In this document: piece after piece, positions 12,022-23,511 of the stretch
How the letters are laid out: every line of letters starts with the position of its first letter
Position numbering within the stretch: the stretch's first letter is position 1
Assembly (NCBI GenBank): GCA_002633005.1
Contig: NMRA01001153.1
Location: 1-47,727 of the forward strand
DNA: 47,727 nucleotides
Source: Phoronis australis
Lineage: Eukaryota; Animalia; Phoronida
Direction of reading: 5' to 3'
The notes under the pieces: model-generated
What the model saw: the letters and a program-made list of their open reading frames with translations, nothing else
What the model was told of the DNA's origin: nothing
Database searches by the model: none
Position numbers and translations under genes: made by a program

Positions 12022-13031
12022 CTGAATGCTCTTTCTGGTAGATAAGCCGTCTTCGGCTTCCGTTTTCGAAATATTTTTCTCATCCTATTTTCGTTCCCTT
12101 CAGCAACAATAGATGGCGGCGTATCTCCTTCAGGAATTACAGAGATAGGCAATCTTGAAAAGACCCAAATTTCCAACTAAAGGTTGTCTGTGGGATGAGG
12201 GCTGAACAAAGTTCTCTTGTGCACTTAGTCGCGGATTATGCTGGACCGGCATGCTAAAAAAGCGGATTCGCCTGCGTCGTTGCTTTTGCGCCTGCGACAC
12301 ACGGCGTCTTCGGCGTTTGGATGAGTTGAACGTACATGTACCATGTGCGTTCATGAATTCAACCGGTCGACGGACTATTTTTGTAGCACATGACTTGGCT
12401 TTTCGAATGTATTTCAATGCAAACGCTCTTCGCAACAAATTTGGGTAGCACGATTTTACCTTCCTTAGCTTTGATGACGTAAATTTCCTGACGGGACAAG
12501 TTTTTGTCCTGCGCGCAACGATCCATTGCGATTCTGTTATGACCTTTGAAACGATCTAGAGGCGAAATATGACGTTGATCTCTGCATTATGCCGTCCTTT
12601 ACGGCCAATCGCTGAACCGCAATCCTTGTTTTGGTGACGCACGTTGTTGTTTTATACTTAATTTTCAATCTGACGCCGCGCACGCTGCTACAGAACTCGA
12701 CGCCGTAGTGTATCCCGACTCGACGATGAACATGAAAACATAATTTCTGGAAAACGTACGGTATAGAACGGGAGAGTCGACCGAGGGGCTGGACGTACCT
12801 CCCCACTAATTCATTGTTAAAAAGTTTCAATCCGCCGACAAAGAACTGCTTGAGAGAAACAGGCTTTAGTAGCTGCAGGAAGTCAAACGACACCTTTGGG
12901 AGCTTTACAGAGGTATTCGGCACTGTGACCAGCGGAAGACTAATAGGTCTAACACTGTACTTCTTTCTCTCTGTCATGTCGTCGAAAGCGATACTTTCTG
13001 CAGATTTGTTCGCATCGGCTTCCGTTGACAA
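12022..13031 (-). pseudogene. Protein kinase gene, large basic N-terminal exon with two compensating frameshifts
   Basis: Acceptor CTTTTCCAG (AG at 13033-13032) and donor GTAAGC at 12021. The terminal frame (...RKRKPKTAYLPERAFR) splices in phase into YKIKDGDYTVVGEGASG. Open frames switch at about 12540-12555 and about 12132-12178. Confidence 0.55.
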
Positions 13032-13470
13032 CTGGAAAAGTTTGAAAGTTTGATTAGAATTAATTAATTATGAATTCTTTTATAACTAATCCCATTGTTA
13101 TTCAAGTCCATAGCCCCTTTCAGCATGGCATACATCATTGTCACGAAAAGCGGCATATCAGATACAGTACCTCTTTAGTTCCTACGTTAGATTTAGAAAT
13201 GTTATTCCGCGTACATGTAGATTAATTATGTTAATTTCGCCAATCTGAACGTCCTAGCAAAAACTAAACTAATTTTAAGCAATCCAAACTTGTTCATGGT
13301 GATTGACTTTCAGATTTTTGAATAAATAATCATATTGTTAATCCTTATCTTTATACTGCAGACCTGCCTGAACTGTAGCAGACGACTTTGTATTTTGCTT
13401 GAAAAACTCTCATGCAGTTCAACGCATAAACTAAGCACTCAGTTGTCTGTCACTTGAAACTTTCCTTTAC

Positions 13471-13779
13471 CTTAACAACTTGTTCATCTCAACGTTATTC
13501 ATAAAACTTAACGAAGCCACTGTTTTGAAATTACAGGCTACTGAAGGACATGTCCATGATGGAAACCAGGGCGATAGTTTGACTTCCGTTTCAGAAAAAA
13601 ATAACTTCCCCGCCTTCCCAGTGAATGCAGTATTATACCAGCCGATCCCTACAAGTTTCTGGCTGCCACTTCGTTTCCACAATCGGTAGCCAATTAACAT
13701 ATGTGTGCCTTCGTTCTCAGGTGACAATGGCACCGGTCCACAGTTCTGTTGGCGTAACAAGCTCTATCGTGTTTTGTAT
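13471..13779 (-). pseudogene. Candidate upstream exon of the kinase locus (disrupted or UTR)
   Basis: Acceptor TTCTGTCTCAG and donor AAG/GTAAAG. No single frame is open end to end. Confidence 0.3.
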
Positions 13780-14414
13780 CTGAGACAGAAATGCTCGTGA
13801 TAGCATATCTAAATATTTGAATAATTATATTTGATATTGGTTTCATGTATATTGTTCTATGTATATTATTTGATCTATGAATTGTAAGCAGCCCGGATAT
13901 AATGCTTCGTGATTTCTGGGTTTGTCATTATTTTTTGTTCTGTGCATTCGCCAATAACTTTATATCACATTCAAATTTCATGAGTACAGTGTACGCAAGG
14001 AAAGGGAACGAAGACTGGAAACACACTGGAGAAATTAGCTCACGAGAAGGAGCGATTGGACTCTGGGACGAGGTGAGTTGAACATCTCTTGAAAAGCCGA
14101 GATTTCTCAAGAAGACAATTGGAATGTTTGCCTTCTTTCCCGTCTTCCAGAAATAGTTTGCCATTCAAGCATACTTTAGGTTAATTTCAAGAGTAAACCT
14201 TAACTTGTCTTTGAATATCTTTAATTCATTAACCCAGTGATTGAATCCTTCTCTGAGTCTCAACAATTTTCGAATGATCTCGGGCAGACGATCAGAAACA
14301 TACATGTATGTACTGGGGCTATTCGGAAAATCTACAATAACTAGAGGGCGCGCGTGTACTAGTGGTGATAGATTGACAGCCTCGATTTCGCGAGCCCTTT
14401 AAATACATGGTAAA

Positions 14415-14499
14415 ATGGCGTGCAGCCGTGCCAACTGAATCTGAGATTGCGTGAAAAGGGTGCTTCTATGAGAGAAAGTAAGCACGACCTTATACAAAG
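14415..14499 (+). pseudogene. SAP-domain remnant (first exon of the ISL2EU exonuclease ORF)
   Basis: QLNLRLREKGASMRESKHDLIQR followed by donor GTAAGG; resembles the SAP pattern L..LR.RG....G.K.DLI.RL. Confidence 0.55.
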
Positions 14500-15208
14500 G
14501 TAAGGTTTGTGATTATTTTAACGATTATTCCATGATTACTCTACCGATGCCTGTTTACTGAGGTACTCGCCGATGTCGACTTCGCAGCAGTCGCCAGTCG
14601 GGTTAATCTTTGTTTGTTGTGATATGTGATACGATACTTGACGTATGAATCGGGATCTTTTCGTACATCAAAGCATTATTATTGTTTGGAATGAATTCTA
14701 ACAGTTTATCAGTGACAGTTACACCAATCATTGCTGAATGTTTATGCTGTCAACTCGATACAGCTAGGTTAATGAGTTAAGATTACAATCCAAGCCCAAT
14801 GGCAAAGGGTACATGACAATTATCCATTACATTAGACTATTTGTTTACTCGGTATCATATGTCTTCTAGAAATCTATTAAACGTTGACATGGAAATCTAT
14901 CACGTCTCTTTTCACGCAACCTTTGGTTTTTAGATTTGAGGGCTTGTACTGTGCAGAGGAGATCTATGCATCGCTTCTACATCGTCCCTGAATAGACAGA
15001 AATTGGTTTTTAGCATTTGACTGCAGCTAAACAACAAGATCTTCCCATCCAGTGCAGATCTGTTGTCAAAGCCTACTTTCAATATTGGAGACAACGAACA
15101 AAGCCTTTGAAAAGGAACAGCTATTTCTAAAGAAAGGTATTAAGTCATTTTCTTAATTTACTTATTCAGGTCCTTAGCGGGAGATTGGCATAGGGTGTTG
15201 GGGTTGTA

Positions 15209-16339
15209 CGGTAAAGTCGCGTGATTTTCGGACGGCCCGCCATTTTCGACCAAGAATAAATATTTCCGAAATGAGTTTTTCATAGTCCACGAAATTCGTA
15301 CAAGGTCCAAAAACTGTTTTTCAATGATCTTCGAACTTCGGACAATGTCGTAAACGTCGGATTTTTGCCCTGCGACTTTCGGACAAGGAAAATTTTAGAA
15401 ACGCTAATTTGGGATCGACGCAACTCCCGTGTCACTAAAGCGTTGAACGGATGATTACTACTCTAAAAGGCTTGAATCTGAGAATTGGTCTAACGGGCTT
15501 TGTAATTTTTACCTTGTCTTGACGATGTCATGACCGTTACTCCATTGTCTTGTGTTTAGCTTGTGTTTGGCGCTTTAGCTTTGAAAACAGTCACCGAGTC
15601 ACGCATGACGAAAATTTCTGATGAAAATACAAATGGGAAATACACCGAAGGCTGCAGTTTTTCGTTGTAGCGTAAATTGTGCTCTGGTTTAATTAGACCG
15701 TGTTGTTCGACTTCCAACTGTGACATTGAACTTGCACGCCTGACATCAACTTGCGTGTTTACGAAACGTTTTTATTTTTAAAACGTCCTGGCCTTTGCAA
15801 ATGCCCTTGTTAGTGCCTAAAATCTCCTCGCGACGTGTCTGGGATTTTTTTTTGACGTGATGAGAAATATTTTTTGTTTAGGCCCCCATTCACAATAGGC
15901 CACAGCTAAGTCTGTTCGTAGGATATCGCGCGTTCAAAGTAGTCTAGATAGTGAACAGCAGCAGCCGAATGAGACGGAGCCAAAGTAAAGCTGGTTAATA
16001 ATCAAACATAGTGCAAGGCCCAGCACTCAGAAAGGGGCGCGGCGCACACGCAATTGTTACAGAGACATTGCATCCCTGTCCTATGTTGTGTAAGTGCCGG
16101 TGTGCTATAACACATATCAAAAACTAATGTACATCCACGTAACCACGTTTCACTACCCTTACAAATTGTCTGTTGCTCACTGATAAGCATCGCAGACGCA
16201 AGAGTCTCGCTAAAGAAGATAGTGTGACCGTGTACTTCGTTTGCAATGCCTCACCATGATGTTTCGCGAGATTCGTCCAAGAATGAATTTTTTCTATTGG
16301 AATTAATTTTCAGTGTCCGAAAATCACGCGACTTTACCG
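15209..16339. mobile_element. Tc1/mariner (pogo/Tc2-like) non-autonomous element nested in the ISL2EU-like element
   Basis: Perfect 25-bp TIR CGGTAAAGTCGCGTGATTTTCGGAC with TA TSD (15207-15208, 16340-16341). Confidence 0.9.
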
Positions 16340-17269
16340 TAATATTTGGTACAACTGAATGTGAGGAAATAACAGGTAATACATGTTTGGGGAAAAGAGC
16401 ATGGTGAGGTAATTCTTAACCTTTATGAAGCCCCTTCAAGTTGATTACATGAAACTGTTTTGCTACTTGTATCAATTGTAAACCCATGAAAATATATAAC
16501 GTTTTCTGAATTCACAGTGACTGAATAGTCTTAACTCATGCCTTGAAATGTTGCAAGTCGTTATAAATTCAAATGACAGCCATTTTTGTGAAAATTGCAT
16601 TTTTGATGGTGCCTTACGATTTGTAATTACTCTTAAACAACACAAAGATTATCCATCATTTTTAAATACCCAAGTCTTCATATCTTCTACTGGAAGAAAA
16701 ATTAAAAGTCTGCGAAACGGTTCATTTAACCTTAGACTAGAAGTTTGCTTGACAGACCCATGAACCTGTAATCAAATTTTAAAATTGCTGAAAGTATCAA
16801 AATTAAAAAGGCTTGAGAATGGGTCACAAAGGTTTAAAGATGTCTCAAGAAACTTGTATATTTTGCATACAAGTGATGCGTTTAAAGAATTATTATGGCT
16901 AGGAATAAAAAATAAACACAGTTTTATGCAATACTTATAATATGCACCCTTGGTTTCTGAAAATAGTAGTATTTCATTTTATGTGAAACTGTAGAGCAGT
17001 CACCAAATATTTTTGAAAAACAGCGATAACATTTTTGACCCAATCTGGAGTACTTAATTATTCATATTTCAATATTTGTTCCATGTTCAGTGACATTTTA
17101 AGGCCGTTTCAAGCTGTATCATAGACAAGCTTTGTTACTCCGTTCTCTTCCCACAGCACTTCCACACACCAGCAGTGCTGGATGGCACAATACACAAGTC
17201 AGTGGCCCTGGAGAAATGTGAATCGCAGTACTAAGTTACCATAAGACAATGTGCCAGTGGAGTGTCTGT

Positions 17270-17600
17270 GTATCCAGACGAACTATATCTGACTGCTACA
17301 CAAGTAAACCTTGTTGGTGAGGATGCCCTTTCATAGGCAATAATTCATGTGTGGACAAAGCTTATTTCCTTTCCTGGAAGTAACTTGAGGGACTGAAGCT
17401 AAAGAAGACCTAGTGACACTCTGGTCTAGTTCAGGGTCTGATTTGGGGCTCAAAACGATTCAAGTGATATGCTGCTGTGTTTACCTTCAAGGGTCTAATT
17501 ATAGATGTTGTTGAGGCTGAATGAGGTTACATGAAAGAAAGCCACGTGTCGAAACTGGACCTTTTTTACAAGCGCTTCTATAGACCATTGAAACTAGATC
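17270..17600 (+). pseudogene. YqaJ/lambda-exonuclease-like remnant
   Basis: PDELYLTATQVNLVGED resembles the P.L.ASPDGLV motif. VQGLIWGSKRFK*YAAVFTFKGLIIDVVEAE*GYMKESHVSKLDLFYKRF resembles QVQGQM...WCDFVV.T...KL..FY. In-frame stops are present. Confidence 0.55.
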
Positions 17601-18658
17601 CCAGTGAAATGAAAGCCAAAAGCTGAGTGACATTAACTTTTCCTTTCAGAAGAAAGGCTTTATACTATTGGTAAAAAATTTTCAATTTGGTGCACATTAT
17701 GGGGAAATGACATTCAGTGACTCCATCGATTGTCTTATTGTATGTTTTCAATTGTAGCTAGCTGGATAAGAATCTGCTATGCACAAGATTCGAGAATAAA
17801 CAATTATCAGTGTATTTATAAACAAATGGCAAACTGAAAAAGCACAGAAAGAAACAACATTGCGAGGGAGTCCATAATCAGGCATATCAGGTGCTGAATT
17901 TCTGAACTACATTTAATTCTATCAAGTTATTACTGAAGGATTGCTTTTCACTTTGTCCAAAGGTAAAATAAATGGTCGGGCGGTTGGTATCAGTTGTTTT
18001 CTCTCACCTGTAACAGAATCGTCCGAGAAATATTAGCAAATTGTAAAAGAAAAGACAAGACAAAACTACTTTTGTAAGGTAGAACATACTTGACATTTCA
18101 TTTTCATGTTTATGTGTAGAAACTAATAACCTTTGTACCCTCGTCTTATTTAATATCTGAATTAAAATATGTGAAACAGGCTAAAAGTGACTTATCAATG
18201 TGTATTTTTCATGACACTTAAAATGTGCTTCTGATCTCAACAAGTAAAATTCATTCTAGGTGTCAATTTTTTTCCAATGGAATGTTACAATATTTACTGA
18301 ATTAAGGCTTATTCATGTTAATTCGATAACTGATCTGGTAGTCCTGGGGGTGGGATCCGCGATAAAATAAAGAAACTCACTCATCTAGAGAATTTTTTTG
18401 GAAACAGCATAGTTTTGAAGAGAAACTGTTGTGAAAAAGTCACCCTTGACTTCTGTGCATCACGTACCAAACACCTCTTATTTCGGGAGCTCCCCCGCCC
18501 AGGACAATATGAACATGTGCTGCTAGCCTACCCGGCATCGGGTGAGTTTCCTCAAAGAAACACTTACTTCCACTCAACAAACCTGTTATTCAGTGGGGTA
18601 ACTGGTGAGGATAACATCATCGAACGATGTTGATAGAAACTGATTGCTAAAAACTTAC

Positions 18659-18870
18659 CAAGAAATGTTGTGCAGTCTCCGAATGGAACTGCATATTAGC
18701 TGGCATAGTCTAGAGCACACACGGGGCTTCAGTTCAGCATCCACACACTTTTTGTCAGTTAGTTGACCCTTTTGACCGCAATTGTCCACGAATATAGTAA
18801 CATTAGGTCTTTTGGGAATTGGTGGCCACCTGTCGAAGACTTGCATCAGGGAAATTAGCAGTAATAAGGC
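18659..18870 (-). pseudogene. THAP-like remnant at the start of the transposase ORF
   Basis: Degenerate YYC*FP*CKS start, later LKPRVCSRLC, ending at donor GTAAGT. The position and orientation fit the element's architecture. Confidence 0.35.
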
Positions 18871-21800
18871 TTAGCGCAACGACGTATTTTGATAAAAATT
18901 GCATCTTTTACCAGTTGTTTACATGCAGACAGACACGCATGCGCAATTCAATCACCACTAGTACAGCAGCGACACAGCGAGGAGAATTCTCTGAATAGCC
19001 CCATTAAACAAAATGTGCACCGATTTTCCTATTGCAAATTATAATCTTCCATAACTGTCGTTGGATAGGGCTATGGCAGTAAAATTTTACGCATTTTTTC
19101 GCAAACATTTTAAGAGGCCTGTGGAATCAAGTCCGTGGCCTGTTTTTCTCTATTTTATGAATTTTTACTTGCCTCATTTTCTGGAATCTCGTCTTCTTCG
19201 TCCACTGCTGTAGTCTTCAAGCACAAAAGTTGACAACACGGGCATGCTAGACATGCCCGAAGATTCTTAAGAAATATATTAATCTTTCAAAAATATATCA
19301 CTAGCATCTTAAAGCTACTTGTCTGCATAAAGGCAGCCATGAAAAATGCGGCCCAATCTTACGTCACTTTATTGTCCAGGGTTAAATTAGTAAAGGCCAT
19401 TTGAATTTTGCGCGCCGCATCCTAACGTTAGCGCGAAGATACGAGATTTGAAGTATCAGAAGTAAGAAAACATGAATTACATGTAGATGAGCACTGAATA
19501 GGTGTAAAGCGCCCAATCAATTTTTTGATAATGAGCGTCGAATGTTCGTTCATACATTGACGGGTATTTCGCCAAACCCTCAATGCTGAGATTTTCCTCT
19601 GAATTTTTTTACACCGGCGTTTTTGATTAGCTAGTCGAATTCCTAACACGGGCAGCGCTTTACGCAAACAAACTGGCATCATGGCTGATGGCGGACTGAA
19701 GTGTAAAGGTGGTCTCACGTGGAGAATTTCTCGCTTACACTGGTCACCGCTCAGATTCCCTTAGCCCCATACAATTTTTACGTTGCTTATATAACACACC
19801 TTTATTAGTGATGTCGGTGTGAGCTAATGAAGTGGAAAGGTAATAGCTAGCATTATTGTCTCAACAATGGTTGTTGTTAGAACCCCCTACTTGGTTTCCT
19901 CTGATATTTGCAGAGTTACAGCCCGAAATTCTGGAGATTAGTTTTAACTTGGTACATTATAAATATTACAAAATGACTAAAACGGTTAACTTGCGTTTAT
20001 CTTCACAAAGGGCCACTTCCCAAAGTAACGATATGTTTCATATTGGTCTTCGTTATTAATTTTTAATGCTTCTGCCCACGGTTTTTTACCGGGAACGGGT
20101 TGATAACATTTTATCTAAGTTTTAAACTTGAAGTACCAAAACAGTGGTAGATTTTGATCACCAGCGAAACTTAATTAGATAAGTTGAGCCCATCCCTGAA
20201 CTTCCCACGTTACATGTGCACTAAACATTTCATTAAAGCCTAACTTCAACGGGTCAAGTATCTGATTAACAAGATTGGAAGAATTAAAAATGAATGTATG
20301 TGATATTGCTAACTCTGATTAGTGTTTGTATATCCGCCGAGTATATTAATACGCTCGGTATAGGTTATATTCAATCGTATCAATGGTTGTAGTTTTTTGG
20401 ATTGTTAGTTCATCGATTTTTAAAAATCGAAAACCGTACTTGGTTGTTTATTTTTTCAGCTGTATACCGCCGTGGTGTTCGTTTTTAGTTAACGAAAATT
20501 AGTGGTTAATGCATTTTGAAAATTCGTCATTATGTACAGATGTTTAATACAGTTCCATATGGTTGGGTAATTACACTTATTAGGCCTATATTGGGTCTTG
20601 CTCGCATTGGGCAATGCGGTCATCACAACTGTACCTGACTCCGACCGTCTGCGCTCCTCTTTGATCCTGGTGAGGAAAGCCGCTCAGAAGCCGAGCGGTG
20701 AAAATTCCCGCATATCTTTAGAAATGCGTGACTTCCTTGTAAACGTATTATTCACGGTATGTGTTGGGCAGACAAATCGGTGCTTAAAATTTATGTCCAG
20801 GAAATATGAATCTTAGAAATTGTGGTTACGCCTTTTCGGAGTGTACCTTACTGCGATGGCTTTAGTTTGCGACACTGTCCAATACTCATTCAGTTTGAAT
20901 AACACACCGTTAAATTGGCCAGTTATGTGTTTATTGTACATGTATATGCTTCAAGCACGCGGCTATTAAACATCACTGCAGAAAAAAAGTTGCTGCGACA
21001 CAGTTTGCATAACAAGGCTAAAAATCGTTCACAGATCGCCATTTTTCCACGATGTTGTAAAGCTAACCAATGACTCCTGAGGTTACACCAACCAATGATA
21101 AAGCGCGTGCCATTGCGTGATGCCTGCGTGCCGGCTAGGCACATAGGGAACCAGCGAGACCTACGTGATGGCTACTGACCACCTGACGGCATGACGCATG
21201 GAAACACCGCTGTTGTCCACGTCCAGATTACCGTGACACCCCCTTGTGACAAACTATGTTCGCGTCTGCGGCAATAAATTTCTCTGGGTTATAAGAAGAT
21301 TGCAAATGACGTTGATTTACGGGCGTCGCTGCATCCTTACCGTGGAAAACGAACACCTTTTTGTCTTTTATGTTTTCATGTAGGCCCACAGGGTGCGCGC
21401 ATATCGTCTCTATCATCATGTACTCCTACTTCAGCCACAAACTTAAGTATGCTGTCATCGCGTAATAGAAATAGAGAACTTGAATGTGGCGTTGCTATGG
21501 AGTCGGTTTCGACATATACTTATAGTATTTTTTATTTTTTTTTAAAATGCTATAAGTATATACTTATAGTAACTTGAAAACATTATCACACAATGCAGAT
21601 ATAATTTTGAAAAATTCTTTAAAAAAGACGGGATCGCAAAATTATACGGAGGAATGATCGTAAACTCTAAGGTTCGCATTATTTATATGGAGGTTGTTGG
21701 AGGAATCGTCGCGGTAATAGTTACTGTCACTAGCTAATAACCGAAAGTTTATGAAAACACAATTTATTCTAAAACTATATCAATGATCAACATGAAAACT

Positions 21801-23226
21801 TATTTTTGTAATGATAAAACGTCACACTGAAGAGGCATCACCATTCGCAGAGCACGATTTTCGCGTTCAATTTAAGTTGATACTATTCGCGTTGATAACA
21901 CGAATAAAGCGACTATCAATTCCACAGATACAAGGCAAACAAGCAAGAATCCACGTGAATTACAACGGGTTTAGAAAAGCAAACACCGCAGGATTTTATG
22001 TCAATACAGCAGTTCAGTACTAGCATACATCTTCATGGTGTGGTTCACTAAAGCAATAGGCGCGCAAACACACGCGTGGAAACAAGAGATGTTTGGGCAA
22101 AACATTGGGGGGGGGGGTGAGTTAGCGCTTGGACAACATATTGTTTAACAGATACATGTACACTGGCCTAGTGAAACGTCCATACCGGCGATGAAAGGAA
22201 ATTGTCGACAAAACTGTTTTAATTTAGTCTCATATGTTTGACCTTGCGTGTGTGAAAAATGTGCTCCAGGCATGAATAAAAAGTACATGCAGTGTAGCCG
22301 ATGACTTTGTTTGCTGCTTTACACGCAGATAAGTTCTACATGTATGTTGGCAGACCTGGTCTATATTGCCATGGTGACACAAAACCGACGTAAAACAAGG
22401 CTTCCGAAACACCTTTGGCTACTTTTTCTACAGTCAAATGTTTCTTTAATTCTAGCCAACACTGAGATGTTGTCTTAGACGTCGCCAGACACCCCCCGGA
22501 AATTTAAATGCTGGAGTGTTTTGATATGACAAGCGACGTGTATCACCACTAATAGACTGAAACTTATATTGAGCTGATTGTGACGTAGGCAACTGCTGGT
22601 CATTTACGGACCGTCTTCATTACCTTGGATGACTGAGGGCATGAAGACGCTTTACACGATTTTGTTTTGCCAAACATTTGGTTGAATTTACTGAATCGAC
22701 AGTGTTATTAGGTAAGTCGTTTTTCTCGCATTAGATGGTGTTATGTCAGATGTATCAAAAACATTTCAAGATTGAACAAGAGCTGAATCTTTACGAGTTT
22801 TTCCTGTATGATTAACAAATACAGTAACAGCTAATCCCGTAGGAAGCGGGGGAGGGGTGCGGAGTGGGAAACATGACCCCCAGACTCCAATAATATTCAA
22901 GCCGTAGACCTAGATGACGTCGGGCGAATTGTGGACAAGTTAAAACAGATTTAAACATGTTTTTTGCAAATTTGTCTAAAATTACTACCGTCACCTGTTA
23001 TAGGGTAAACTTCGGTGACAGTATTGTTCACCTAAAGTTTATCCTTCGTCACAATCGTCCAGTGACTCGCCCGAGCGCAGCCTTAGTATTTATTGAGTAC
23101 AGGGACGCGATAACGGCATTTATGGGTGCTCTTTTCCTATTGTAATGATATCCATTCACGTCATGACGGTGCTCTCGGAGAGGGTCCCGATGATGGACAA
23201 AGTTCCTCTCTTACTCTGTTTTTTAA

Positions 23227-23511
23227 AAGGATACTAAACCCGGTTTGCCTAATTAACAGATACTAAAACGACTTTCCATACTGAAACAGAATAATGATCT
23301 GTAACCCTCGACAACCCTCGGAAGCTTGGAGGAAAATGAAAAAAAAATCCTTTCAAAGTCTGCAAAATCGGGAAGCGTGACCTACGCTTTTAGCGAATTA
23401 CCCGGGTACACAGCAACTGTGGAAACGACTACCCACCAATCGCCATAAATACCATCTGTGACATGGCGGGTATGATTGGACGAAATCATCAAAACAGGCA
23501 TCCGTATACTT
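23227..23511. mobile_element. TTAA-flanked (Kolobok-like) MITE, copy 2
   Basis: Inverted homolog of 735-1019; TTAA at 23223-23226 and 23512-23515. Confidence 0.55.

Larger units (their letters stand above)
14315..19002. mobile_element. Decayed ISL2EU-like (PHIS group) DNA transposon, 4.69 kb
   Basis: TIRs GGGGCTATTCGGAAAAT / ATTCTCTGAATAGCCCC, plus a shared inverted subterminal TGTACTAGTGGTGAT. Flanks are CT/AT (AT TSD expected). Convergent remnants: SAP and YqaJ-like on +, THAP-like on -. Confidence 0.7.

Noticed and set aside
19428-19718. 96-aa basic minus-strand ORF
   Set aside because: No recognisable domain and no convincing pair of splice sites; coding status cannot be supported.
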